A DNA stretch of 64,000 nt, taken from a virus. Below, in pieces: positions 10,355 to 20,124 of this stretch (position 1 is the first letter of the stretch; every line of letters begins with the position of its first letter). The notes below the pieces were generated by a model. That model was not told the origin of the DNA. It saw only the letters and a list, made by a program, of their open reading frames with translations, and did not search any database. The DNA is taken from the IMG/VR virus record IMGVR_UViG_3300021142_002226, positions 126,178 to 190,177 of that record. One strand, written 5' to 3'. Both the position numbers and the translations under genes were made by a program.

Positions 10355-11066
10355 TGATATTGGAATTAATGAAAACAATGAATTAGGTGTTTTCAAACTA
10401 CTAATAGAACATGATGCTGGTTTCATTTCAAAAGAATTTACAAAAGGATTCTTAAAAGAGGGAACCATAAACGAAACTCTTGATTTAACTAAACCAATAT
10501 TCTATTATTCAACACTTCAGAAATATGGTGTTGAAAATAGAAATGGTAGAATCTACCCTGAAGACATACTCAAACGTCAAGTTGAGATATACAAAGATGT
10601 TATAAGAAAGAATGCGTCTTTTCATGAAATGGATCACCCAGATTCATCAACAATATCACTTAAAGGTGGTTCACCATACAGAATAGTTGATCTTTTTTGG
10701 AAAGGTAACGCTTTAATTGGTAAGCTTGAGGTACTTGTATCAGACGGTTATAGAAGAAGCGGTATTATATCATGTAATGGTGACCTTTTGGCTCATTATC
10801 TAAGCTATGGCATGACCGTTGGTATATCTTCAAGAGGTATAGGTACATTGAAGAAAGTTAACGGCAAAAACATGGTTCAAGATGATTTTGAACTTATATG
10901 TTGGGATGCTGTTTCAAGCCCATCAACACCTGGTTCCTATCTTTATCAAGATATAAATGATTTTGGTAAATATGATGAGGTTTTACCAGATAAAAAAGAT
11001 GAGATTGAAGAATCAAGCAACGGTAATGATTTTCTTAAGAACCTACAGAAATTTTTGAACAGATAA
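10344..11066 (+). CDS. Prohead protease (T4 gp21-like)
   Basis: ENRNGRIYP, HEMDHPD, GISSRGIGT, DFELICWDAVSSPSTPGSY. Confidence 0.92.
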   Translation: MKYSDIGINENNELGVFKLLIEHDAGFISKEFTKGFLKEGTINETLDLTKPIFYYSTLQKYGVENRNGRIYPEDILKRQVEIYKDVIRKNASFHEMDHPDSSTISLKGGSPYRIVDLFWKGNALIGKLEVLVSDGYRRSGIISCNGDLLAHYLSYGMTVGISSRGIGTLKKVNGKNMVQDDFELICWDAVSSPSTPGSYLYQDINDFGKYDEVLPDKKDEIEESSNGNDFLKNLQKFLNR

Positions 11067-11121
11067 TTTGTTTTTATGGATCTTATTTACTATTATTGTA
11101 GTAATAAAAAAGATATTTAAT

Positions 11122-11355
11122 ATGAAAACTTATTATTGGTACTTAGTTTCATCCCAGGATATTTACACGGATGATAATGGAAGACAGAAGAAGCAAAAGA
11201 AAACAAATTTATTTAAAGCTGTATCTGTTACTGACGCTGAAACACAAGCAATTGCACAACTTAGTAATATGAGTGATGACTTCAGAATCCTCAGTGTTAC
11301 TGAATCAAAGATCGAACAAGTATTCTTTCCAGAAGGTGTTGAGATCAACGATTAA
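11122..11355 (+). CDS. DUF4494-like protein (start revised to MKTYYW)
   Basis: DDNGRQKKQKKTNLFKAVSVTDAE...DFRILSVTESKIEQVF resembles the Bacteroidota DUF4494 family (from memory). Confidence 0.6.
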   Translation: MKTYYWYLVSSQDIYTDDNGRQKKQKKTNLFKAVSVTDAETQAIAQLSNMSDDFRILSVTESKIEQVFFPEGVEIND

Positions 11356-11378
11356 GAAAGTTTAAAAACTTTTTTTTA

Positions 11379-11418
11379 TAAAACCCCAAAAAAAATAACA
11401 TTTTTTGGGGTTTTTTTA
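11379..11418 (+). terminator. Intrinsic terminator
   Basis: aaaaccccaaaaa...ttttttggggttttttt hairpin with U-tract. Confidence 0.65.
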
Positions 11419-11507
11419 TTGTTTTTACTATATAAATTGGTTTTTTGAAAAATATAATATATTTATATCTAAGAAAGCATAATAGTTTTTATTAAAACAA
11501 ATAAAAT

Positions 11508-12707
11508 ATGAGCAAAAGAAGTATATTAGCTGATACTCTAAATGAGGTTCAACAAATTAGAGAAGCTATAGAAAAAAATGCTAATCACGTATTGAAATCT
11601 ACCTTGAAAGAAGAATTGGAAGAAATTATTCACAAGGGTTTAGATGAAATGGGTGATGAGGAACAAGATGAAAACATCGAAGATATGAATCCAGACTCTA
11701 CAGATGGCATGGACTTAGATTCAGAAATGGGTTCTGACTCAGAAGAAATGACCGATAAACCAGACATTGAAGACACCCCAAGTGACGAAATACCTGGTGA
11801 CGAGGTAATTGATCTAACTGATAAATCAGACAAAGAAGTTCTAAAGAGATTTGAACTTATGGAACCTACAGACGAAATCGAAGTTATTCGCACAGGAGAC
11901 GGTATCGAAATTAAATTCCACCCAGAAGGATCTGAAGAAGAACCAGGTGAAATGAGCCCAGAAATGGATCATGAAGCTGGCGAAGAAGAAGATGAAGCTG
12001 GTGAAGAAGAAGACGAAATGGCACCAGCAATGGATGAAGCATCTGAAGAAGATGAGGGTGTTATGTACGAAATCGAAATCGCAGAAGGTGATGAAGAAGA
12101 AGATGAAGCTGTTAAAGAAGCTGAAGGTGAGGAAGAAGATGAAAGCACCATGGATGAAGTAAAGACTACAAGCAAAGTTAAGTTTTTAAAAACTCATACT
12201 GCTGCTCCAGCTGGTCAATCAGAAGGCTTACAAGAAAAACTTGTTAACACAAGAAAAAAATTACAAACTCTTGTTGCAGAAAACAAAAAAATCAAACAAG
12301 AATTAGATGCTTTCAAAACTCTTAAAGAATCATTTGTTTCAAATGAGAAAGAGTATAAGAATGCTATCAAAGTTCTTAAAACACAACTTCAAGAAGTTTC
12401 GTTATTCACTACCAATTTAACATATGCTGTTAAATTGATGACAGAGAACACTACAACTAAAGAAGAAAAATTCCAAATTTTATCGACTTTAGACAAAGCA
12501 AAAACTTTGAATGAATCTCAAAACATAGCAACTACGTTGGAAGAACAATTTAAATCAAAGAAATCAACATCTGCTGCTACAATTCTTGAAAATAAAGTTC
12601 TTGACAAACCTGCTTTCAGCAGCACTTCAGCTTCGATTAACGAATCTACAGTGTACAAGAATCCACAGGTTGAAAGAATGAAAGATTTAATAAATAAAAT
12701 ACAATAA
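11508..12707 (+). CDS. Prohead scaffolding/core protein (gp22-like)
   Basis: Very acidic middle region, C-terminal coiled coil, many (I/L)xE motifs, located between protease and capsid genes. Confidence 0.8.
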   Translation: MSKRSILADTLNEVQQIREAIEKNANHVLKSTLKEELEEIIHKGLDEMGDEEQDENIEDMNPDSTDGMDLDSEMGSDSEEMTDKPDIEDTPSDEIPGDEVIDLTDKSDKEVLKRFELMEPTDEIEVIRTGDGIEIKFHPEGSEEEPGEMSPEMDHEAGEEEDEAGEEEDEMAPAMDEASEEDEGVMYEIEIAEGDEEEDEAVKEAEGEEEDESTMDEVKTTSKVKFLKTHTAAPAGQSEGLQEKLVNTRKKLQTLVAENKKIKQELDAFKTLKESFVSNEKEYKNAIKVLKTQLQEVSLFTTNLTYAVKLMTENTTTKEEKFQILSTLDKAKTLNESQNIATTLEEQFKSKKSTSAATILENKVLDKPAFSSTSASINESTVYKNPQVERMKDLINKIQ

Positions 12708-12743
12708 TAATAACAATAAAACAAAAAACAAAAACCAAATAAA

Positions 12744-14480
12744 ATGGGTGCATTATTAGAATCAGGTAGAGTTGGTAACGTGAGCGTTAACCACTTGAAA
12801 CTTGTAAGAGAAGATGTAATCAACAGATGGGATGACTTAGGTCTTTTAGAAGGTCTTAAAGGTCATGCTAAAGAAAACGTCGCTCAATTATTCGAGAACC
12901 AAGCTTCTTGGATGTTAAACGAATCAACTGCTTTAGGCGTTGAGGGTTCATTTGAAACCGTTGTGTTTCCAATCGTGAGAAGAGTATTCTCAAAATTATT
13001 AGCTAACGAAATCGTTTCGGTACAAGCGTTGAACTTACCTATCGGTAAATTGTTCTACTTCATACCTAAAATCGGTTCATCTGCGTTCAGTGCTACTGGT
13101 ACTAACCAAATGGCAATGGATAGTGGTAACGGTTTCAGCGATAACGTAAATCTTTACGATGCGTTCTATGGTGAAGATGGTATGTATGATAAATCTAAGG
13201 GTGCTGCTGTAGCTATCACTGGTAGCTTAGGTTCTTACTCTGGTGCTACTGCTCATACTTTCGCATACACAAGAACTCCATGGGGTCACTCTCAACCAAA
13301 CGATGGTTTTGCTCCAATAGCTCCATTCGTAGTTAATATTTCTGGTGGTACATCATCAGTTCCAGCAAGCGCTATTGTAAAAGTACAATTTGCACTTTCT
13401 ACAGTTAACCAAGTATTGACATCATTAGGTTTGTCTACTTCTACTTATCAAGGTGAAAATCCTGGTCAGTATTTGTTCGAAAACGCTGAAGAATTCTTGT
13501 CAACATTAAGTTTGACTGCTACTTCTGGTTACGGTGGTGTTGCAGCTGGTGCAGCTTTAGACTTTAATTTCGCTACTCAAAAGTACGGATTACAGTTAAT
13601 GACTGATAACGGTACAAACGCTTACACTTATGTACAGCTTTATAACTATGACACTACTAAATTAGCTCTTTCTAACGTTACTGTAGGTGCTAAAATCTAC
13701 AAATCATTGGAACTTGCTGATGATATGGGTGAAGTAAGCTTCGAGCTTAAATCAGTAACTGTATCTGTTATTGAAAGAAAATTAAGAGCACAATGGTCTC
13801 CAGAACTTGCTCAAGATGTTAGTGCATTCCACAACATTGACGCTGAAGCTGAATTGACAGCTTTATTGTCTGAACAAGTTGCTGCTGAAATCGACAGAGA
13901 AATCTTGCGTGACTTACGTAGAGGTGCTGCTTGGAGATTGGCATGGGATTATAAAGGTTCTACTGGTCGTGGTATCGATACATCAAACAGCGCTGCATTC
14001 TATACTCAAAAAGAATGGAACCAAACTTTGATGACTGCTATCAACCAAGTTTCTGCTCAAATCCATAAAGCAACTTTAAGAGGTGGTGCTAACTTCATCG
14101 TATGCTCTGCTGAAATTTCAGCTATCTTCGATGACTTGGAATATTTCCACGTATCTAACGCTGCTCCTGAGCAAGATAAATATAACATGGGTATCGAAAG
14201 AATCGGTGCTTTAGGTGGTCGCTACCAAGTTTATCGTGATCCTTACTTCCCAGCAGACACAATCCTTATGGGACACAAAGGTACATCATTGTTAGACACT
14301 GGTTATGTGTACGCTCCATACGTGCCAATGCAATTGACACCAACAATGTATAACCCATTCACTTTCGCTCCTGTGAAAGGTTTGATGACAAGGTACGCTA
14401 AGAAAATGGTTAACAACCGTTACTATGGTGTGATCAAAGTTAGAAATGTGGTATCATTTGGTATCGATAGCTTTAGATAA
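12744..14480 (+). CDS. Major capsid protein (T4 gp23-like)
   Basis: FPIVRRVF, VQALNLPIGKLFY, RKLRAQWSPELAQD, EIDREIL, GYVYAPYVP, GLMTRYA. Confidence 0.96.
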   Translation: MGALLESGRVGNVSVNHLKLVREDVINRWDDLGLLEGLKGHAKENVAQLFENQASWMLNESTALGVEGSFETVVFPIVRRVFSKLLANEIVSVQALNLPIGKLFYFIPKIGSSAFSATGTNQMAMDSGNGFSDNVNLYDAFYGEDGMYDKSKGAAVAITGSLGSYSGATAHTFAYTRTPWGHSQPNDGFAPIAPFVVNISGGTSSVPASAIVKVQFALSTVNQVLTSLGLSTSTYQGENPGQYLFENAEEFLSTLSLTATSGYGGVAAGAALDFNFATQKYGLQLMTDNGTNAYTYVQLYNYDTTKLALSNVTVGAKIYKSLELADDMGEVSFELKSVTVSVIERKLRAQWSPELAQDVSAFHNIDAEAELTALLSEQVAAEIDREILRDLRRGAAWRLAWDYKGSTGRGIDTSNSAAFYTQKEWNQTLMTAINQVSAQIHKATLRGGANFIVCSAEISAIFDDLEYFHVSNAAPEQDKYNMGIERIGALGGRYQVYRDPYFPADTILMGHKGTSLLDTGYVYAPYVPMQLTPTMYNPFTFAPVKGLMTRYAKKMVNNRYYGVIKVRNVVSFGIDSFR

Positions 14481-14504
14481 TCGAATTATCTATACACTAT
14501 ACAG

Positions 14505-14532
14505 AAATGGCTGGAAAAAATTCCAGCCATTT
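14505..14532. terminator. Bidirectional intrinsic terminator
   Basis: aaatggctggaa-aaaa-ttccagccattt perfect inverted repeat between convergent genes. Confidence 0.85.
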
Positions 14533-15105
14533 TTATTTTGATACAATATCATTTATAAAAATATTATCAACCTTAAAATATAAATCATCTAATGTACCAT
14601 CATTAATTATTAAATGATTATATTTTATATCAAACATTTCTTTTTCTGATGCGTGGAAATCACCAACGTTCATTCCTGGTCTATCAACTCTCCATATTTC
14701 CCCACCCATTTTTACAATGGAATCAGCTTCATGCATAAATCTAACATCAGATATTACAACACTATTATCTGTATTTGATTTATACCATTGCTCAAATCTT
14801 TTAACCCAAATCAATCTACCTATTTCTTTAAAAGCTGGTATATGATTCTGTAAATCATATTGAGAAACTTCAGTTCCCATAACCTTTAATATATCTCTTG
14901 GAGTACAACCCCATACAGGATCGATAGTATCCTTTGCATCACCAAAGACTTGTTCTTCGGTGAATCCAAACATGGCCATACAACCACGTTTTAGTGGGTC
15001 AGCAAAACTATATTTATTGTATTTGTGATATTTGCAAAGAAAATCAGATATTGTGTCTTTGCCAGAACGAGCTAATCCTATACAACCTATTAATTTTTTT
15101 TTCAT
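14533..15105 (-). CDS. Deoxynucleoside monophosphate kinase (T4 gp1-like)
   Basis: GLARSGKDT, FADPLK, TPRDIL...GTE, VISDVRF..E, HASE. Confidence 0.9.
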   Translation of the reverse strand: MKKKLIGCIGLARSGKDTISDFLCKYHKYNKYSFADPLKRGCMAMFGFTEEQVFGDAKDTIDPVWGCTPRDILKVMGTEVSQYDLQNHIPAFKEIGRLIWVKRFEQWYKSNTDNSVVISDVRFMHEADSIVKMGGEIWRVDRPGMNVGDFHASEKEMFDIKYNHLIINDGTLDDLYFKVDNIFINDIVSK

Positions 15106-15144
15106 ATAATCTATATTTTTTAGTTATTACAATAATAACTAAAA

Positions 15145-15378
15145 TTATTTGAATTTCCAAATATACCCATAAGCTGTTACCACTTCCACACCCATTAACA
15201 AATTTCATAGCATCCTCAATTGATCTGTGTTCTTTAATTAAAGAACCAGTTTTAGTAAATTGTAAAACTGGTTTACAAAACCTTGTTTTTCAATTTTTTC
15301 TTTTGTTAATTCTGATAATTTCTTATCTTTATTTAAAGATGTTGAGCCTTTTTTAAAACAACCAGAGTTAGCTTTAAA
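15145..15378 (-). pseudogene. Decayed homing endonuclease remnant (NUMOD3/NUMOD1 modules)
   Basis: Frame-broken segments NSGCFKKG...KKLSELTKEKI / KPVLQFTKTGSLIKEHRSIEDA / TAYGYIWKFK*; no start codon or nuclease domain. Confidence 0.7.
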
Positions 15379-15392
15379 AAACCAAATAAAAA

Positions 15393-15412
15393 AACCCACA
15401 TTTCTGTGGGTT
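15393..15412 (-). terminator. Intrinsic terminator
   Basis: aacccaca-tttc-tgtgggtt with an A-tract on its left (U-tract on the minus strand), just after the stop of 15417..16658. Confidence 0.7.
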
Positions 15413-15416
15413 AATT

Positions 15417-16658
15417 TTAAGTATTTGTATTATCGTCAGTAGTTGTGGAAGTATTAAATTTTGGTACACCAGTATTGGTTTGATTAGATGGGGCTTTTGA
15501 ATCAGGTTTTTTTTGTTTAGTCGGAGTTTTTTTAGCTACTTTTTTTGGAGCCGCTTTTGCTGGTACAACTTTTTTATTTTGATCAGCATTTTGACTTAAA
15601 ATATTTGTGTTATCTGTACCATTAGCATTAACGTTTGTAATATTATAACCTATATTCAAAGATTTTAATATATCTGTAAGGGCTTTAACACTTATTGTAT
15701 CTCCTTCTTGATTAGCCTTTTGTAACTCCTTCTGTGTTTGTTTCGCAACATCATTTTTTTGATTCGGATCGTTAGACTTTATAGCTTGATTAGCTTTATT
15801 AGCCAAAGATTGAACCTCTGGTTCTTGAGCAGATGGATTGTCAACCCCTTTTTCATCTGATGAAAGTGTTGCTTGAGCCCTTTTTATGATATTGAAAAAA
15901 TTATTTATATCATTCTGTAGTTTTTCTATCTGTTTAAATTCTTCGAACTCAGCACCATTTTTTTGAACATCAACATATAATTTGTTTAACTCAGAAACAA
16001 GCGGTATTAATTTATTCAACGTTGGCATAACCTTATTATTCAAATCTTTAGTAATTCTTTTGGCTATAGAACTCCATCTTTTACCATAAAAATTAAATGT
16101 ATAAGCATTTACACCAGTTTTGAAACCAGTTTTTAAACCCCAATCAGGTGTTCCAATATTTTGTAAAGGTTTTTGTCCTTTTGGTAACCAATATGTTGCA
16201 AGACCTTCATTGATATTGTTTAATCTGTTGATTAAATTTTCAGTTATATTGCTATAATCCTCATCTCCCTTATAATAATCTTCATTCATCCCCCAATCAG
16301 GACTATATCTATTGTACATCCATTCTCTTTCATTTGGATCTGGATAATCTCTTTCGAACCTATCCGCAAAATCATCATTGGATTTTATTCTATAGAAATC
16401 ACGTTCATCATCGCTACGATAATCTTCAGGGTCATCATCGTGATAATCCATATCATCATCGTGATAATCCATGTCATCGTGTTGTTCCTCTGGTTCTGGA
16501 TCTTCCTCCTCAAATTCCTCTAAAGGAATAATACCAAGATCAAGTTTATTACCAGAAAGAGCACCCTTAGCGTCAATATTAACTGATGGATCTAAAAATT
16601 CATTTAAACCCATTAGTTTTCTTTGCTTATTAAGTGATTCTAATAGTTCTTTTTTCAT
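15417..16658 (-). CDS. Leader-tagged hypothetical protein, probable internal head protein
   Basis: N-terminus MKKELLESLNKQRKLMGLNE; acidic DDMDYH repeats; Lys/Pro/Ala-rich tail. Confidence 0.65.
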   Translation of the reverse strand: MKKELLESLNKQRKLMGLNEFLDPSVNIDAKGALSGNKLDLGIIPLEEFEEEDPEPEEQHDDMDYHDDDMDYHDDDPEDYRSDDERDFYRIKSNDDFADRFERDYPDPNEREWMYNRYSPDWGMNEDYYKGDEDYSNITENLINRLNNINEGLATYWLPKGQKPLQNIGTPDWGLKTGFKTGVNAYTFNFYGKRWSSIAKRITKDLNNKVMPTLNKLIPLVSELNKLYVDVQKNGAEFEEFKQIEKLQNDINNFFNIIKRAQATLSSDEKGVDNPSAQEPEVQSLANKANQAIKSNDPNQKNDVAKQTQKELQKANQEGDTISVKALTDILKSLNIGYNITNVNANGTDNTNILSQNADQNKKVVPAKAAPKKVAKKTPTKQKKPDSKAPSNQTNTGVPKFNTSTTTDDNTNT

Positions 16659-16661
16659 ATA

Positions 16662-17405
16662 TTATACTGTTGTTGTTGCAGCTTTATTATTTTTTGCAGC
16701 ATTTCTTGCATTTAATTGACTTTGATTCAACGGTCTACCATTTTTATCAACTTCTGGAGCTGCTTGTGTTTCTGGAGCCTGTGTTGTTGATGCTTGAGTT
16801 TCTGGAGCTTGTGTTGTTGTAGACGTTCCAGTTTGGGTAGTTTGTCCGCTTTGAGCAGTCGCACCCTGAGCGTTAGATTGCGTTGCCGCTTCTTTATCAG
16901 CTTGTGCTGCTCCAGTTGCAGATGCTTGGCTCAATGATGTTACAAATTGTGACATTTGAGCTAAAGAATCTTTTTGAGCTTTCCATGTAGTACCCATGTT
17001 ACCAAATACTGTTGTCATTTGTTTAACGATTGGATCATTAGCACCTAATTGAGCTACTTGCTGTTGCATCGATTTAAGTTGATTAAATTGACCATCACTT
17101 TTGTTCACAAATTGAGTCATTTGTTGAATGGTTTTTTGCAATACTTTAATTTGGTTGTTAATCTTTCTCAATATTATGGCCTTTTTAGCACCTTGCATTG
17201 CACCACCAATAGCACCTTTAATAGCGGTATTTATACCAAAAATTTCATCCAACTCACCCTCTTCTTCGTCATGTTCACTTTCTTCCATTGGTTTAGAATA
17301 TTCAGCGTAGCCACCTTCCTTAAATTCGTAGCTCATTGTTTCGTTCAATCCCATTAGTTTTCTTTGTCTATCAAGGGATTCGTTTAATGATAATTTCTTT
17401 TCCAT
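16662..17405 (-). CDS. Leader-tagged hypothetical protein
   Basis: N-terminus MEKKLSLNESLDRQRKLMGLNE; Gln/Thr/Ala-rich with TQAPE repeats. Confidence 0.65.
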   Translation of the reverse strand: MEKKLSLNESLDRQRKLMGLNETMSYEFKEGGYAEYSKPMEESEHDEEEGELDEIFGINTAIKGAIGGAMQGAKKAIILRKINNQIKVLQKTIQQMTQFVNKSDGQFNQLKSMQQQVAQLGANDPIVKQMTTVFGNMGTTWKAQKDSLAQMSQFVTSLSQASATGAAQADKEAATQSNAQGATAQSGQTTQTGTSTTTQAPETQASTTQAPETQAAPEVDKNGRPLNQSQLNARNAAKNNKAATTTV

Positions 17406-18238
17406 TATATTTTATTTAACTTTTTTTTAATGTCTTTTATTATATTACTATAAATAGTCTGTTTTTCCTCATTAATCATCTTTTGGCTATCTTCCATTTC
17501 ACCAAATTTTACAAGTGAAAGATACACATCTTTACCATCTTCATCAAGATCATTATAACCTCTCAAAAGTGGACTTGGTTTGTACTTAAATTTGTATAAA
17601 ATAGATTCTAAATAGTGGATAAAAGGTATATCCTCATTATAATCATTAATATACACTCTTATTGCGTCAGATATATCGAATGCTAAACTTGCTTGATTTT
17701 CATAATTATCCAAACCAGCCATTTTAACTATTTTGGAAATTATAGGTACAGCCATGAAGTCTTTAACCCATGCGTAAGTGTTGTCTTCATTATCATCATC
17801 TCCTTCTACCTCAGAAAGATTTGCATCTTGTTGAGCCTCTTCTTTACCATTCAATTTATTCATAATCTGTTCCTTGTCCTTATCTGTTAACTTAGTAACA
17901 TCAACAGCGGATAAAACAGAATTAATTATATATTTATATTCTTTATTTGTTAGTTGTTGTGCAATCTCACGCATGTCTTGAGCAAGTTTTCCAGTTGTTT
18001 TTTGTATTTCATTAAATGTCATTTCCTCACCACCTTCAGTACCAGCACCCATATCAGGTGTTGTCATCGGAACTTCTGGGGCAGCTGACGCATTTGGGTC
18101 GGCCATAGGTTGAGGTTGTTGTGAAAAATCAACAGCACCAACATCAGGTGTCGGTGCCGTCATATCTGGTTGAGGGATTGCTTCTTGAGTAGGTTGTACA
18201 GGAATAGATGCTTGTGCAGGTTGTTTAACCTTGATCAC
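17405..18238 (-). CDS. Hypothetical Pro/Gln-rich protein
   Basis: 277-aa ORF translationally coupled to neighbours. Confidence 0.6.
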   Translation of the reverse strand: MIKVKQPAQASIPVQPTQEAIPQPDMTAPTPDVGAVDFSQQPQPMADPNASAAPEVPMTTPDMGAGTEGGEEMTFNEIQKTTGKLAQDMREIAQQLTNKEYKYIINSVLSAVDVTKLTDKDKEQIMNKLNGKEEAQQDANLSEVEGDDDNEDNTYAWVKDFMAVPIISKIVKMAGLDNYENQASLAFDISDAIRVYINDYNEDIPFIHYLESILYKFKYKPSPLLRGYNDLDEDGKDVYLSLVKFGEMEDSQKMINEEKQTIYSNIIKDIKKKLNKI

Positions 18239-18249
18239 AAAACGTTCAT

Positions 18250-18606
18250 CTATACTACTTTTTTTTTTAAAATATCAACCTGTTGAGCGTGTTCATTCAA
18301 TTCGTTGATTTCTTTAAACATCAAATTTAGATGTTTAAGAGCATCAGCAGTTGTTTTATATGAGAATTCTTTAATGTTATTAACACCACTCATATACTCA
18401 TATGATTCGTTAATTTTTTTCTTGATATAAACATATTTGTTCTCTTGAACAATAGCATATTCATCACCATTAGAAGCTGTAGCTTCATGGATGATGGTTG
18501 AACTAACATCATTTTTGTTAGAACTTTCAGTGATGCCAGCAATTTGCTTAATTCTTGCTAATTTATCATCAACATTTTGAATTTTTTCTGAACCAATTGG
18601 TCTCAT
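18250..18606 (-). CDS. Hypothetical protein with a weak leader-like helix
   Basis: DDKLARIKQIAGITES near N-terminus; TATTTAT motif upstream. Confidence 0.6.
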   Translation of the reverse strand: MRPIGSEKIQNVDDKLARIKQIAGITESSNKNDVSSTIIHEATASNGDEYAIVQENKYVYIKKKINESYEYMSGVNNIKEFSYKTTADALKHLNLMFKEINELNEHAQQVDILKKKVV

Positions 18607-18661
18607 ATATAATTAATTTAATATAAATAGTCTTATTCTTATTATAAATAGTTTATAAATA

Positions 18662-19414
18662 CTAAAAAGTATTCATTTCTTCGTTTTCAAGTGATAATTT
18701 CTTATCAATTAATGAGTATTTCAAATCGCTCAATTCTTCATTGAATCCAACCCTTCTTAAGTATTTGAAAACCATGTTTTCTGTGCCAAATTCGCCGTTT
18801 TTATCCAATCCTGACTGTCTATACCTTTTAATCTTTTCCTTCAATTTTTCGATCATTTTAAGCTTGTCATCGGTATTTGCGGAAGCTTTTATATGATCCA
18901 AATCTTTATAAAAAGATTTGACCTTTTTCAATATAGATTCCTTGTCTATTTTCTCACCAGATGTTGTTGGTTCAGATACCCATTTGTTATACAAAACACT
19001 GTACATACCTTTAGATTTTAAATCTTCTCTATTAATATCCTGAACGTACATTTCAATATCAAAACCTTTTATCTTAATATCATGGTTTTGAGTAAATTCT
19101 TTTTTCTTGGTATCTAAAAATTCATCCACAAGATCTTGATTATCACTTATTTTGCTTTTATCAACAACAATATGAATATCCAGGTCTGAAAAACTTGACC
19201 AATTGTAATTACAAATACTACCAACAAGTAGTATATCATGAACATCCAAAAATTCAATATTGATAGACTCAATGAAAACCTGAGCAGCCTCCAACATGTG
19301 TTTTCTGACCTCTGGGTTTAACTTGATCTGAGAAAAATCCTTAGTTTCAACATTATCCCATATTTCTGGTGATAGTGTATCTTTAAATTTGAAACTTTTT
19401 AAAATATTATTCAT
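18662..19414 (-). CDS. Nucleotidyltransferase (Pol-beta superfamily)
   Basis: LLVGSICNYNWSSFSDLDIHIV (hG[S]...DxD) and a third acidic residue in IEMYVQD. Confidence 0.75.
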   Translation of the reverse strand: MNNILKSFKFKDTLSPEIWDNVETKDFSQIKLNPEVRKHMLEAAQVFIESINIEFLDVHDILLVGSICNYNWSSFSDLDIHIVVDKSKISDNQDLVDEFLDTKKKEFTQNHDIKIKGFDIEMYVQDINREDLKSKGMYSVLYNKWVSEPTTSGEKIDKESILKKVKSFYKDLDHIKASANTDDKLKMIEKLKEKIKRYRQSGLDKNGEFGTENMVFKYLRRVGFNEELSDLKYSLIDKKLSLENEEMNTF

Positions 19415-19453
19415 ACCTATAAATATCTTGAAAATAGGTAATATCTATCTTAA

Positions 19454-19915
19454 TTAGATTAATTTGGCATCGTGAACTGATAATGTTATTGCGTGTGTGG
19501 AAATATTATCAATATCATAAGCTAAGTCCGAAGATAAAATCATATCTAAGGAACATGTATATTCCCATTTTTCACGAGACATACCTGTAGGATCAAGCAT
19601 ATCCAAATAAACCACAAATTCATTGTAATCTGGATTACCATTTTTTATATTATCCATGATTTTGTATAGTCTATGTGGTACTGAAAAATCTAATGGATCA
19701 TATAATGTAACTCTCATGGTACTATATTCTATAGTTTGACCAACCATTATATAAGGTCTTTCAACAGATTTTACAATCCATGGTTTTATATCAAAATATT
19801 CTGGGAATGTAAAATAGAATCTATTATTCATTTTCGGTTCCCATGCCTTAGGCATTTCATCTAAATTAGATGTACCACTATTATGTTCTGGTACAATATC
19901 CTCATTAGTATTCAT
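19454..19915 (-). CDS. Tail tube protein-like (gp19-like paralogue)
   Basis: WEPKMNNRF, VTLYDPL, MLDPTG...EKW resemble T4-like gp19 tube proteins. Confidence 0.6.
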   Translation of the reverse strand: MNTNEDIVPEHNSGTSNLDEMPKAWEPKMNNRFYFTFPEYFDIKPWIVKSVERPYIMVGQTIEYSTMRVTLYDPLDFSVPHRLYKIMDNIKNGNPDYNEFVVYLDMLDPTGMSREKWEYTCSLDMILSSDLAYDIDNISTHAITLSVHDAKLI

Positions 19916-19961
19916 AATCTTTTTATTTTAAAAATAAAAAGATATCAACCAAAGTAAAGTA

Positions 19962-20123
19962 TTATCTCTGATTGTATAAATGATATAAAATAAAAAATTG
20001 AATACAAAGAACTATTAGACCTATTAACGTTCTAACAAGTTCCATCCTATTTTTATATCTTCCAAGTTTTTGCTCAAAAGATTCCTTTTTGATTTCTATA
20101 AAATCTCCTGTAACTTCTTCCAT
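19962..20123 (-). CDS. Small membrane protein (53 aa, not in the ORF track)
   Basis: MEEVTGDFIE...VRTLIGLIVLCIQFFILYHLYNQR*; one C-terminal hydrophobic helix. Confidence 0.5.
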   Translation of the reverse strand: MEEVTGDFIEIKKESFEQKLGRYKNRMELVRTLIGLIVLCIQFFILYHLYNQR

Positions 20124-20124
20124 A

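Noticed and set aside
11970-12020. Short tandem DNA repeats in the scaffold and in 16430-16480 and 16760-16830
   Set aside because: They encode low-complexity linkers (EAGEEEDE, DDMDYH, TQAPE); no evidence of a separate function.
5710-17890. Antisense and alternate-frame ORFs (e.g. 5710..6177, 6753..7157, 11630..11893, 16334..16822, 17049..17357)
   Set aside because: They overlap well-supported genes and mirror their codon bias; treated as shadow ORFs.
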